Source: a virus (Duplodnaviria > Caudoviricetes). Taken from it: 64,000 nucleotides of DNA. Shown piece by piece: positions 47,612 through 57,053 of this stretch. The stretch is taken from positions 1 to 64,000 of IMG/VR virus record IMGVR_UViG_2636415525_000002. One strand, written 5' to 3'. Both the position numbers and the translations under genes were made by a program. The notes below the pieces were generated by a model that had not been told where the DNA came from, ran no database searches, and worked only from the letters and a program-made list of their open reading frames with translations. Each line of letters begins with the position of its first letter. Positions within the stretch are counted from its first letter, which is position 1.

Positions 47612-48792
47612 CAGGTCACCACCAGCGTCACATTCGCGGGCGTGCACGACGCCGCCTCGTTGAACAGCAACGCGACGTCCGGCGCGCCGGCGCCGCGCGG
47701 CCCGCTCAGCGCCAGCCCGGACAGCTTGAAGGTCACACCGCCGCCGACGCTGTTCGCCGCGGTCAGCGCATCGCCCCACTCCACGCTGCCTGACAGGCCG
47801 CCTCCGATCTGGACGCCGTTGACGTAATCGGAGACCGCCTGCTGGATCTGCTGGCCGGTCTGTGTTGTGTAGCCAGCGAGCGCCTTGAGCGTGACCATGG
47901 CCGTGATTGGCGCGGCCGTCGGGCGGAAGAAACGAATCGTGATCGGGCGTCCGTAGATGTCCGTGACAACAATCGCCGTCGTGCCGTACGTGCCGGCCCC
48001 TGGCGTCTTCTTCGATGCGATCGCGTTGGCGATCGCCGTCGCGTCACCGCCCTCGACCACGAGCGAAATCGAGTGCGACGGGATGCCATTCGCGTCCGTC
48101 GCGCTCGTGTCGTTCTCGTACGCGACGTAGCGCGTGACGCCAGCGACATTCGCCACCGCGCCGATGATCCCGTCGAGCACCGTCAGCGATGGGAGCGCCG
48201 TCGACACGGTTTGGCGCTGGCGCAAGGCTGCGTCCGATTCGACCGGCGCACCCGCGGCCGCATCCGCCGGGTTCGTCACCGTCTGCCAGCCGAACGCCGG
48301 TGTCGCAATCTGGTTGATCGTGCCGGCGCGCGCAGCGACAGCGCCGATCGTCGCGCACGTCGCGGTGACGGTGATCGTCCCGCTCGGCGGGATCGTCACG
48401 GTCGCCGGCAGCAGCCATTTCACGCCGTTGCCGTCCTTCGCCGCGCCGTTCGTGATCGTCGCGCCGGCCTGGCCGACGAGCACCAGGTCCGCGCTCGAGT
48501 ACGACGCGACCTTGCGCGCGATGTCGTTGATCTTCACGTTGCTCGACAGCGCCGCGCCCTGCGCTGTCGCGGGGCTGAACGACTGGTAGATGGCGATCGC
48601 GACCGAGTTCACGTCGCTGATCGCCTTGGCGAACACGCCGAGCAGCTGACCGTCCTGGCTGTCGGGCTCCAGATACGTATCCGCGCCGTAGATTGCCCGG
48701 AACTGGTCCTGCAGGAACGAGAACACGTCGGCGTACGTCGGCGCCGTGATGCCGTTCGCGTCGATAGTGGGTGCGAGGGTCGTGATCGTCAC
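47611..48792 (-). CDS. Baseplate J/gp47-family protein
   Basis: DSQDGQ, ESDAALRQRQ, YENDT and PSHSISLVVEGG. Confidence 0.88.
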   Translation of the reverse strand: MTITTLAPTIDANGITAPTYADVFSFLQDQFRAIYGADTYLEPDSQDGQLLGVFAKAISDVNSVAIAIYQSFSPATAQGAALSSNVKINDIARKVASYSSADLVLVGQAGATITNGAAKDGNGVKWLLPATVTIPPSGTITVTATCATIGAVAARAGTINQIATPAFGWQTVTNPADAAAGAPVESDAALRQRQTVSTALPSLTVLDGIIGAVANVAGVTRYVAYENDTSATDANGIPSHSISLVVEGGDATAIANAIASKKTPGAGTYGTTAIVVTDIYGRPITIRFFRPTAAPITAMVTLKALAGYTTQTGQQIQQAVSDYVNGVQIGGGLSGSVEWGDALTAANSVGGGVTFKLSGLALSGPRGAGAPDVALLFNEAASCTPANVTLVVT

Positions 48793-49142
48793 AATGTCGC
48801 CTGTACCGTGGTGGTGCCGTAGATGGTGTTGATCGTCGCGGTGACCGTCAGCACGCGCGTCTCGGGATCGGCCGTGCTCGAGTAGCTCGTCAGCTCGGCC
48901 ACGCCCTGCGTGCCGAGAATGCACGTGCGGATAGCCGCGTCGTACTTTCCGCTCGTGTACTTCCCGAGCACGTCCGTCGCCCACGGCATGCCGGCCGTCG
49001 TGTCGAGGAACCATTCGCCGCGCAACAGGCGCAGCCGCGTCAGCACGGCCTGCGCGACCGTCTCTGGCGTGTTCACGAGGAAGTCGGCCGCGCCCCCGCC
49101 GAAGACGTAGTCGCCGTCAGCGTCGAGTTTTCGGTATCGCAT
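48789..49142 (-). CDS. Baseplate wedge / sheath initiator (gp25-like)
   Basis: MRYRKLDADGDYVFG and GEWFLDTTAG. Confidence 0.8.
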   Translation of the reverse strand: MRYRKLDADGDYVFGGGAADFLVNTPETVAQAVLTRLRLLRGEWFLDTTAGMPWATDVLGKYTSGKYDAAIRTCILGTQGVAELTSYSSTADPETRVLTVTATINTIYGTTTVQATL

Positions 49143-49153
49143 TCGTACCCCAA

Positions 49154-49197
49154 AAACGTTAGTAACGTTTGACGTTATTAACGCATTGCGTTATCAT
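49154..49197 (+). promoter_or_regulatory. higBA promoter with palindromic operators
   Basis: TTGACG-17 nt-TATCAT. Palindromes AAACGTTA-G-TAACGTTT (49154-49170) and TAACGCA-T-TGCGTTA (49179-49193). Confidence 0.75.
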
Positions 49198-49203
49198 CAA
49201 CCC

Positions 49204-49482
49204 ATGATTACATCGTTCAACTGCCGAGATACTGAGGCGCTGTTCAATGGCACGCGAGTCGCCCGCTTCGTCAATTTCGAACGCGTCTCGATTCGCAAGC
49301 TCCAGCAGTTGCACGCTGCGGCCGATCTGGACTTCCTTCGCATCCCGCCGAACAACCGGCTCGAAGCGCTGAAGGGCGACCGACAAGGCCAATTCAGCAT
49401 CCGCATTAACGACCAGTGGCGTATCTGCTTCAAGTTCGCCAATGGACGCGCCTCGGATGTGGAAATCGTCGACTACCACTGA
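49204..49482 (+). CDS. higB: HigB toxin (RelE/ParE superfamily)
   Basis: PPNNRLEALKGDRQGQFSIRINDQWRICF...VDYH. Confidence 0.92.
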   Translation: MITSFNCRDTEALFNGTRVARFVNFERVSIRKLQQLHAAADLDFLRIPPNNRLEALKGDRQGQFSIRINDQWRICFKFANGRASDVEIVDYH

Positions 49483-49499
49483 CCAACCCGGAGAAAGTC

Positions 49500-49799
49500 A
49501 TGACCCGAGAAGTACCCCTGGCGACGCCCGGTGAAATCCTGGCGGAAGACTGGCTGGAGCCGATGGGCATCAGCCAATACGCACTGGCGAAGGCGATCAG
49601 CGTCCCGGCTCGCCGCATTAACGAGATCGTGAAGGGCGACCGTGCCATCACGGCCGACACTGCAGTGCGCCTTGGTGCGTTCTTCGGCGTCGATCCGCAA
49701 AGCTGGATGAACCTCCAGACGCATTACGACACCGAACTCGCCAAGGAAAAGATCGGCGACGATGTGCTACGCGAAATCCGCGAGCACGCGCACGCTTGA
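49500..49799 (+). CDS. higA: HigA antitoxin
   Basis: PGEILAEDWL, RRINEIVKGDRAITADTA and WMNLQ. Confidence 0.92.
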   Translation: MTREVPLATPGEILAEDWLEPMGISQYALAKAISVPARRINEIVKGDRAITADTAVRLGAFFGVDPQSWMNLQTHYDTELAKEKIGDDVLREIREHAHA

Positions 49800-49819
49800 T
49801 CTCCCGTTCCAGAAACGAC

Positions 49820-49846
49820 AAACCCCGCTTCGAGCGGGGTTTTTTA
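49820..49846. terminator. Bidirectional terminator
   Basis: AAAACCCCGCTTCGAGCGGGGTTTTTT. Confidence 0.8.
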
Positions 49847-49861
49847 TTCGCGATCTGACAA

Positions 49862-50611
49862 TCAGTTGACCGGCCCCGTGTTGCCGCCCTGCGCATCCGG
49901 GTGCGTGTGCGTGTCGTCGACCCGCTTGCTGTTCGCCGTGATCTGGCCGATCACGTTCAGGATGCCGTTGAATACGGCGGCCGCGCCGCTCGCCGCGCTG
50001 CCAACCATGCCGCCAACGAACGTCAGCAGCCCAGTGATCGTCACCGCGGCCGAGAACGTCGACAGCGGCGCGACCACGTCGAAACCGCCCGGCGCCACGA
50101 TCTTCACCTTCTGCAGCGCCGGGTTCAGGTCGATGTACGTTGCGCCGTCGTCGCTGCGCAGTTGCGTCGAGCTGCCGCTGACGCCGGCGAGCGCGCGCGG
50201 CCGAGATCGAAAGCCGAGCAGCGCGAACCCGTCCGACAGGTCGTGCATGCGCAGCTCGGCCTGCTCCTGCACGCCGCCCGACTGCCACCAGGCGTCGATG
50301 CAGCGCGACGCGAACACGACGAGGCACTCGTCGCCGGGCACCACCGGGAACGTCAACGTACAATTTCCGCCAGCAGGAAACTGGACCGGGCAGTCGACCA
50401 GCAGCGGCAGCGCGACGCTCTGGATCGTGCCGTCGATATCGCGCACCAGCGCCTTGATGGCCGGCTGTACGCTGCACGTCGGCGGTCGGTCGGCTGCGCT
50501 TTCGAACGACTGGATAATGCCGGGCAATGCCGTCCAGACGCCCGCACGCAAGCCGTCGAACGCTTCGCGCAGGGCGACCTCCGGGTCGCCTACCCTTTCA
50601 CGTCGATCCAT
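49862..50611 (-). CDS. Baseplate spike (Gp138-like)
   Basis: WTALPGII, PGDECLVVFASRCID, RMHDLSD and a C-terminal HTH(P) metal-binding tip. Confidence 0.85.
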   Translation of the reverse strand: MDRRERVGDPEVALREAFDGLRAGVWTALPGIIQSFESAADRPPTCSVQPAIKALVRDIDGTIQSVALPLLVDCPVQFPAGGNCTLTFPVVPGDECLVVFASRCIDAWWQSGGVQEQAELRMHDLSDGFALLGFRSRPRALAGVSGSSTQLRSDDGATYIDLNPALQKVKIVAPGGFDVVAPLSTFSAAVTITGLLTFVGGMVGSAASGAAAVFNGILNVIGQITANSKRVDDTHTHPDAQGGNTGPVN

Positions 50612-50614
50612 GGG

Positions 50615-50992
50615 ATGAAAATGAAAAAACTGCTGTTGACCGCGGCGCTGCTCGCGCCGCTCGCCGCCGTCGCTGACGACGCCTACGTCTACCCGTTCGC
50701 CGGCATGCAGGTCGGCGTGACCGTCGAGAACGAATTCCCGACCATCCTGTACACGGGGAAAAAGTGCGACCTGCCGCTCGCCAATGCGAAGAACATGCGG
50801 CGCTACGAGTCCTACCGCGGCGTTTGGGATATCGGCTGCTGGGGCGAGACAATCGACGGCGACGCCGTGATCGTCGTGCCGCAGATGCCGACGAATTCGA
50901 TGCCGCTCAACGTACTCGCGCGCGCCGACGTGAAGCGCAACGGCGACAACACGACGATGACCATCAAGGCGCTTCCGACGTACGGCCGCTAA
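50615..50992 (+). CDS. Secreted moron protein
   Basis: Signal peptide MKMKKLLLTAALLAPLAAVA. Antisense, filling the gap between the hub and spike genes. Confidence 0.7.
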   Translation: MKMKKLLLTAALLAPLAAVADDAYVYPFAGMQVGVTVENEFPTILYTGKKCDLPLANAKNMRRYESYRGVWDIGCWGETIDGDAVIVVPQMPTNSMPLNVLARADVKRNGDNTTMTIKALPTYGR

Positions 50993-51957
50993 CCGAACCG
51001 CTTGATAACGTCGGCAGACGGCACCGCCGCCTTGTCCCTGAACGAATCTGGCAGCACCGTCACGTCGGCCGCCAAGCAGGTCACGCTTGTGTACCACTCT
51101 TCGCCGCGCGTATCGCCGCTTACCTCCGCGAGCATCACGTAGTAGAAGCCGTCGTCCTGCAGCTTCGCCTGCATCTCGATCCGCTCGTTCTCGGCCTGCT
51201 GGCCGACGTTCAGGCTGTACTCGTACTGCTGGATGCTCGCGTTGTCGAGCCAGATCAGCCGGCCGATCTTCACGCTCGGGTTCAGCAGCATCTTCACCTC
51301 TATGCCGTTTGCCGTCTGCTGCGGCAGTCCGACCATGCCGGTCTCCGACGTGATCTTCGGGATCTCGCCGGGTATGTACGCCGTCTCCGGCACCAGCACA
51401 ACCTTGCCGTCCTGGATGCTCCAGACCGTCTGCGTGGTTCGTGCGGTCCATCGCATAAAGTCCCGCGCCATGCCGAACATCACCTTGCCTCGCGGCAACG
51501 GATTCGACGGCAGTTCGGGCAAATATCCCTGCTGCACGCCATACGGATTCATCGCAGTGCATGCCGCCGCTACGTGATCGACGGCCGTCGATCCGGCCGC
51601 GAGCGTCGTGTTTACCACAGCGAAGTTGTACGCGGAGTCGCCATCCGCCGCCGTAATGTCGAGGAACGTGTCAGTCTGGGTCTCGCGCCCGCGGCGCACC
51701 TGCTTGATCGACCCGTCGAAGATGATCCCGTAGTTCCCCTCGTACCCGGCTTGCAGCACGACTCGCGCGAACTCCTTCTGCGCGCGGCGCGCCGTCGTCG
51801 CGGAGACGTTGTACACCCGGATACGCGCCGAGTTCGGCGTCTGGAGATCGCCACGCTGCACGCGGAACACGATCCGGAGCTCGGAAAGGTCGAGCGCCTC
51901 GCCGCTGTCGAAACCGATGATCAGCGACACCTTGCGGCCGAACTGCAATACGCTCAT
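50989..51957 (-). CDS. Baseplate hub protein
   Basis: PNSARIRVYN, LQAGY, DGDSAY and WSIQDG. Confidence 0.8.
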   Translation of the reverse strand: MSVLQFGRKVSLIIGFDSGEALDLSELRIVFRVQRGDLQTPNSARIRVYNVSATTARRAQKEFARVVLQAGYEGNYGIIFDGSIKQVRRGRETQTDTFLDITAADGDSAYNFAVVNTTLAAGSTAVDHVAAACTAMNPYGVQQGYLPELPSNPLPRGKVMFGMARDFMRWTARTTQTVWSIQDGKVVLVPETAYIPGEIPKITSETGMVGLPQQTANGIEVKMLLNPSVKIGRLIWLDNASIQQYEYSLNVGQQAENERIEMQAKLQDDGFYYVMLAEVSGDTRGEEWYTSVTCLAADVTVLPDSFRDKAAVPSADVIKRFG

Positions 51958-51998
51958 TGTCAGGAACCAATAAAAAACCCCGCCGGGGCGGGGTTCGA

Positions 51999-52409
51999 TC
52001 AATCACTTTGATTGTTGCAATATCTCTGACTGGCGACGCTGGTGAACTGCACGATTTTGTCTGCCATCGCGATGCATGCACTGGCGTCAACATCCCAATC
52101 GGTATCAACCTTGTAGTCCGCTTGGACCCGCAATCGCTTCAACTTCGAGATCAACCTTGCTGCCTGCTGAGCCTCCGTCCGCCCAGGCACCAACTGACGG
52201 CCCCACCGTTCCATCGCGTCGATGATCGCCCTATGACTGCTTGCATCGACGAACTCTTCAGCCTTCGGAGCAAAGTCTTTCGGCACGCACTCATTGCAGT
52301 TGTGAAGTGCTCCGTAATATGCACGTGAGACCGCACTCCTCATCGCTGCCTCGGAGTTCTGAGACATCGCAAGCGATCTAGCAACCTCGATGAATTCAAG
52401 CGGAGACAT
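51999..52409 (-). CDS. HEPN-domain protein
   Basis: RSAVSRAYYGALH, SSH and LKRLRVQADY are typical of HEPN (UPF0332-like) proteins. Confidence 0.75.
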   Translation of the reverse strand: MSPLEFIEVARSLAMSQNSEAAMRSAVSRAYYGALHNCNECVPKDFAPKAEEFVDASSHRAIIDAMERWGRQLVPGRTEAQQAARLISKLKRLRVQADYKVDTDWDVDASACIAMADKIVQFTSVASQRYCNNQSD

Positions 52410-53160
52410 CGGGAAATACCTCAATTGATGCACCGAACAGGCCAAGCTGCAGATCCGGAACTTGGTCAAACAGAAGCGGCGTCAGTCTCTCGTCAAGCTC
52501 TTGAACACGCTCAACCGACTCCCGAACAAACAGTTCGAAATACAAACTTTCTTCGCCAGGAATGGTTTCTACGAGATCGCGAATACCAACCAACCGCACC
52601 TTTTCGTCAAACAGAAACCGGGTGCAGACTCTTACGACATTCGCAACTGTCGAACTCCTCAATCCCATTCTCGACGAAATTTCGATGATCTCGCGCGCTC
52701 GCAACAGATACTCGTCGATTGACTTAGTGCGCTTCTCGAGTATCGAAAGCAGATTCTCAGTCTCCGCCCACCTTCCCGCGGTGAAATTGTTCGAAATTGC
52801 CTCTTGAAGATACATAAGAGCTTCTGGCGCAAGATTCGATGCTTCTTCGATCAAGATGGACGCCCGCTCCAGATCGTTCAAATCGCGAAACGCTCTCGCC
52901 CAGTTGGCAACGACTGCGTGATCACCACCTAAATTAACTGCTTTCGAAAACGCCCGATCAACGCCGTCAACATCCCACTTACAAGCAGAGATCACGCCGA
53001 GAAGTTGTTGCGACATAACCGGGTCGACGTTCATGCTCTCACGAGCATCCCGCTCGAACCGAGCCAATGAAAATTGGTCCGGTTCAATGCCTTTCATGCG
53101 CATGCCAGTAAGCGCCGTGAATGCACTGTGCGCTTTGGACAGCGGAACTGGATTTGCCAT
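52396..53160 (-). CDS. TPR-like helical hypothetical protein, partner of the HEPN gene
   Basis: AAGGA RBS, lower GC than its flanks, 14-bp overlap with the HEPN gene. Confidence 0.7.
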   Translation of the reverse strand: MANPVPLSKAHSAFTALTGMRMKGIEPDQFSLARFERDARESMNVDPVMSQQLLGVISACKWDVDGVDRAFSKAVNLGGDHAVVANWARAFRDLNDLERASILIEEASNLAPEALMYLQEAISNNFTAGRWAETENLLSILEKRTKSIDEYLLRAREIIEISSRMGLRSSTVANVVRVCTRFLFDEKVRLVGIRDLVETIPGEESLYFELFVRESVERVQELDERLTPLLFDQVPDLQLGLFGASIEVFPDVSA

Positions 53161-53222
53161 GTCCTTAAAATACGTCGCCGGTTGAACTATTTGATTGAAA
53201 TACTACACCAGTTGGGTTCAGC

Positions 53223-53540
53223 TCAGCCGGTCACCCAGAAAACGTGAGATCCGATGCCGAGATCCTCGTACGTCGGAACGTCGTCAGGATTGTCCGCCCC
53301 CTGAACCCACAAGCGACCTTGAAAGCCAAGGTGCTTGTACTGGCCGAGCAGATCGATGCCGGTCACCAACGGCAGGCCGGACACCATCGGGTTGTCCTGC
53401 GCATCCGCGACGTCGAGCACCCATCCCGCGCCGCCGGCCTTGCGGTACTGGACGGTCAGGCGGTAGTCGGTCCCGCTCAGCGTCACCGTGAAGCGCTCGG
53501 GGCGCGGCGAAAACGGAATCTCGAAGAAGCTCGGCATCAC
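53223..53540 (-). CDS. Baseplate plug-like protein
   Basis: WVLD...PLVTGIDLLGQY..LG. Confidence 0.75.
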   Translation of the reverse strand: MMPSFFEIPFSPRPERFTVTLSGTDYRLTVQYRKAGGAGWVLDVADAQDNPMVSGLPLVTGIDLLGQYKHLGFQGRLWVQGADNPDDVPTYEDLGIGSHVFWVTG

Positions 53541-54112
53541 ATACTCCCTGGCGGTACCGCGCCGCCCGGCGCTGGCGTCGCCGGCATGGCGGCCTTCGTG
53601 CCGCCGTTGCCGGTCTCGGCCGTCGACACCGGATCGGCCTGGTTCTCACGCGGCGGCAGCTTCGTCACCTGCGTCGACACGATCCGGATCTGCTTGAGCG
53701 TTGCCGTCAGAATCAGCGCGCTCGACGTCTTCACGTCAGTGGTAAGCCGCAGCCCCTGCAGAAGCATGTTCTGGTAGGTTCGGCGGCTCGTCGTGACGTC
53801 GAACGGTGTGCGCGCCTGCTGCAGCGCGAGCAGCTGCGAGTAGATCGCATTGACGTACTGCGCCGACGGCAAGCCGCCGCCGTCGAACGTCGCCTCCGCG
53901 GCACCGAGCAACGCCTCGTAGTCGGCATTGCTCCAGCCGCACCGCATCGAGATATCCGGCTGCCGCTTGAAGGCGTGATCGGTGATCTGCGCCCCTTGCT
54001 CGACCGGATGCTCGGTGATCGTGAGTTCGTCGTTGTAGACCTCCTCGATCGCGACCTGCACCGTAATGCTGCCAATCTTCTTCGGCGAGATCATGATCAT
54101 GTCGAGGATCAT
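53537..54112 (-). CDS. Dit-like / tail tube initiator protein
   Basis: ITEHPVEQGAQITDHA and RRTYQNML. Confidence 0.8.
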   Translation of the reverse strand: MILDMIMISPKKIGSITVQVAIEEVYNDELTITEHPVEQGAQITDHAFKRQPDISMRCGWSNADYEALLGAAEATFDGGGLPSAQYVNAIYSQLLALQQARTPFDVTTSRRTYQNMLLQGLRLTTDVKTSSALILTATLKQIRIVSTQVTKLPPRENQADPVSTAETGNGGTKAAMPATPAPGGAVPPGSM

Positions 54113-56235
54113 GCGATTACCCCCTGCATGTTGCGCACCATGTCGGAGTTGACCGCGCGCTGCTCGCGCTCAACCGCGCGACCGGCCGCCGAAGGATCGC
54201 CCGAGCCGGTCACGTGGATCTGCGTGGACTGATGCAGCTCGACCTTTGCCGGTCCGCCGCGCGCCGCCGACTGCGCGGCCAGCGCGCCGGCCGGTTGGTA
54301 CGTCGCGCGCGTGTTGCGCAGCGCGGTCTCCATCTCGGCGGCCGTAATGCTCGCGCGGTTGTTGCCTTTACCGGCGTAGTAGCTGCGACCGGTGTCCGGG
54401 TCCGCGACACTAGCCCACTCGCGCGACGATGCGCGCAGCGCGCCGCGCAGATCGTCGCTACGCCCTTCGACATAGTCGGCGATCGCGCGCCGCTTGTTGC
54501 GCACCAGATACTGCCCGAAGATCCGGTCCTGCAGCTTCCGGTCGAACATCTCGGACCCGCTCAACTTCAACCCGCGCGCGGCCTCGGCCAGGGTGCTGCC
54601 GATTATCTGGTAGCGGCCGGCCGCGTTGAACTGCCCCGCGCGCTGCGCGGCCATGACCTGCGCCAGCGTCATGCCTTCGAGGTTCTCAGTGCCGGCACGG
54701 TAACCGCCGCGCGCGCCGCGGTTCACGCTGTTGTAATCGCCTTCGCCGCGTGCGATCAGTTTGCCGAACGCCGTGTCCGCGAGCTGGCTGAGACGGCCGG
54801 CGAGACCGCTGTCGTCGGGAGCCGAAACACGCTCGATCCGCGGCGCCAGTATCGGCGCCGGAACGAGTTGTGGTATCGGATTCCGCGTACCGGAAGGCTG
54901 CGGCACCGGTGCCAACGGCTTTGCGCCACCCTGCGTCAGAGTGGGTTCCGGTGCAGCCAATGACGTCGCAGGGGTACGCGACTGCTCGACGCGCGGCGGC
55001 GTCAATTTCGCGCCGCCGCCATCCTTGACGCTGTCGATTTCCTCCTGCGTGTAGCCGCCGGTAGCGTCGAGGCCGCGGCGATCCTTCAGCGTGAGGATGT
55101 CCCACAGCGAGCGAAAGCGGCCGCCCGACAGCTTCGTGATCAGACCGTCGATCTGGTCGCGCACGCCGTCGCCGATTTTCCAGCCGAGGAAAGCCGCGCC
55201 GACGGCGGCCGCACTCGAGGCGAGCGCGGCAAGCTCGACGCCCACCGCAGAAAGCAGACCGGTTGCGCCACTGGCCGCCGCACCGCCCGCGCGCAGCGCC
55301 CCCACGATCTTCCAGATACCTCCGGCGATCTTGAATACGCCCAGCGCCTTCAGCGCGACACCGAGCAGCAGAATCTTCGTCGACCAACCGTCCGTCGCCC
55401 GGTCGAGCTCGATAAACCGATCTACCAGCTTCGCAAGCGGCGGCCCCGCGGCCTCGGCCACTTTCAGGATGGCACTCGCGATGTCGGCGATCCTGTTGGC
55501 GATCTCGTCACCGTGGTCGTCCATCCAACGCTGAAACCGATCGAGGCTTGGCCCGACCTTCTGCAGCATCGCGCCCTCGACGCGGATGCCGAGGTTCTCG
55601 AACGACGTGCCGAGTCCACGCAACTGCGTCATGAAGCGGTGCGAATCGTCGGCCGCCTTGTCCAGACCGGTCGACTTCGACATCTCGCGGTACTGCGCGA
55701 GTAGCTTCTCGAAGTCCCCGTTACGCATCGCGAGCATCAGGTTCTCGTCGATGCCGAGGATGTTGCCGTACTGGCTCGCGAGCCACGTCGGCTTGTTCGC
55801 CAGCGACTTCCCGAGGTCGGACATGATGTCGACCGTGTCGCGCAGCTCGCCATTCGCGTTCCGCGTCTGCACGCCCAGCGTCGTGAGGTAGCCCTCGCCG
55901 GCCGGGTTGTTGCGCAGGAAGCGCGCGAGATTCTCGATCGTGCCGGTTGCCGCCTCGGCCGAGACGCCCATGTTCCGCGCGGCAAACTCGAAGCCGCGCA
56001 GGTTGGCCGCCGACGCGCCCGTGCGCTGCGACACGAAATACAGGCGCTCCAGCTTCGACGCGAATGCCGCGACGCCGGCGCTCACCGTGAGCGCGGCGCC
56101 GGACACCGTGGCGATCAGCTGCTTGACGCCCTTCGTCGTGCCTTCGACGCCTTCCTTGAAGTTCTTCAGGCCCTTCTCGTCGACCTTGAAGCCGAGCGCG
56201 ACCAGGAACTCGCGGATGACGACCGAATCAGCCAT
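54109..56235 (-). CDS. Tape measure protein with C-terminal lysozyme-like domain
   Basis: REFLVALGF start, a helical region, and GEGDYN...AAGRYQII...EWASV. Confidence 0.85.
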   Translation of the reverse strand: MADSVVIREFLVALGFKVDEKGLKNFKEGVEGTTKGVKQLIATVSGAALTVSAGVAAFASKLERLYFVSQRTGASAANLRGFEFAARNMGVSAEAATGTIENLARFLRNNPAGEGYLTTLGVQTRNANGELRDTVDIMSDLGKSLANKPTWLASQYGNILGIDENLMLAMRNGDFEKLLAQYREMSKSTGLDKAADDSHRFMTQLRGLGTSFENLGIRVEGAMLQKVGPSLDRFQRWMDDHGDEIANRIADIASAILKVAEAAGPPLAKLVDRFIELDRATDGWSTKILLLGVALKALGVFKIAGGIWKIVGALRAGGAAASGATGLLSAVGVELAALASSAAAVGAAFLGWKIGDGVRDQIDGLITKLSGGRFRSLWDILTLKDRRGLDATGGYTQEEIDSVKDGGGAKLTPPRVEQSRTPATSLAAPEPTLTQGGAKPLAPVPQPSGTRNPIPQLVPAPILAPRIERVSAPDDSGLAGRLSQLADTAFGKLIARGEGDYNSVNRGARGGYRAGTENLEGMTLAQVMAAQRAGQFNAAGRYQIIGSTLAEAARGLKLSGSEMFDRKLQDRIFGQYLVRNKRRAIADYVEGRSDDLRGALRASSREWASVADPDTGRSYYAGKGNNRASITAAEMETALRNTRATYQPAGALAAQSAARGGPAKVELHQSTQIHVTGSGDPSAAGRAVEREQRAVNSDMVRNMQGVIA

Positions 56236-56470
56236 TTTCACTTTCCATCTTGCGGCGGAACGCCGCTTCGTTGTCTGCCCGGACGGCAAGGGAATCGTTC
56301 ATCAGCGCGACGTCGGCGAGGCCGAGCGTTCCATCGATCAGCGACTCGTACCGGCACATCTGGGCGTGCACCGGCGCGAGCAGCCAGTCCTCGCCGCCGG
56401 GCAGCGTGCGGATCCAGCCTACGTCGCCGCCGGGCTGCTCGCTTGGCTGGTAAGCAGCCCGCTGATAAAA
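56228..56470 (-). CDS. Tail assembly chaperone C-terminal extension (gpT-like), probably reached by -1 frameshift
   Basis: LPGGEDWLLAPV...YESLIDG..LADVALMND lies in the -1 frame relative to 56419..56976. Confidence 0.65.
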   Translation of the reverse strand, partial: FYQRAAYQPSEQPGGDVGWIRTLPGGEDWLLAPVHAQMCRYESLIDGTLGLADVALMNDSLAVRADNEAAFRRKMESENG

Positions 56471-56976
56471 GAACCGAGGTTCGCCACCACGACGCGCACG
56501 ACGAGCGGCAGCATCACGTCGATGCCGATGTCGTCGAACATCGACGTCTTGTGAGTGATGTTCCAGACCTTCGCCCAGCCGGCGCCCTGCCAACGCTCGA
56601 CTACCGACAGGCACGTGCCGAACACGTATTCCGCGTCCTCGTCCTTCAGCCCGGCCAGCGCATCGGCGAACGGCTGCAACACTGGGGCGATTGCGTCAAC
56701 CATCGACAGCAGTTCGCGCGACTTGTCGACCGCGGGCGTGGGCGCTTGCGCTTCCTGACTGGAAGCCTCGCCCTCGGCAAGCGCCGCAAGCGCGGCGTTC
56801 GCTACCGCCTGCTGCCGCGCGACGTCGGCTTGCTCAAGCTCGGCGTAGAACTTCATCAGGACCGGGATCATCGGCGGGATGATCGGCGCGATGCGCCGCG
56901 AGACGTGGAACTGCTGCATCGCGCTCAGCTTGCCGATCGCGTACCGCACGCCGTTGAGTTGGATTTCGGTCGTCAT
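56419..56976 (-). CDS. Tail assembly chaperone (gpG-like)
   Basis: KLSAMQQFHVSRRIAP and MFDDI. Located between the tube and tape measure genes. Confidence 0.8.
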   Translation of the reverse strand: MTTEIQLNGVRYAIGKLSAMQQFHVSRRIAPIIPPMIPVLMKFYAELEQADVARQQAVANAALAALAEGEASSQEAQAPTPAVDKSRELLSMVDAIAPVLQPFADALAGLKDEDAEYVFGTCLSVVERWQGAGWAKVWNITHKTSMFDDIGIDVMLPLVVRVVVANLGSFISGLLTSQASSPAAT

Positions 56977-57053
56977 GTTCAGCTCCGCAATCCGTTGACC
57001 GAGCATCTATCAAAATAGATAATGTTCTTGTTCATATATACCTTGAGGTTTCA

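Noticed and set aside
49862-51562. 566-aa spike ORF and 341-aa spanin ORF (39990..41015) as given in the track
   Set aside because: The upstream parts overlap other real genes, so starts were reassigned to 50611 and 40466.
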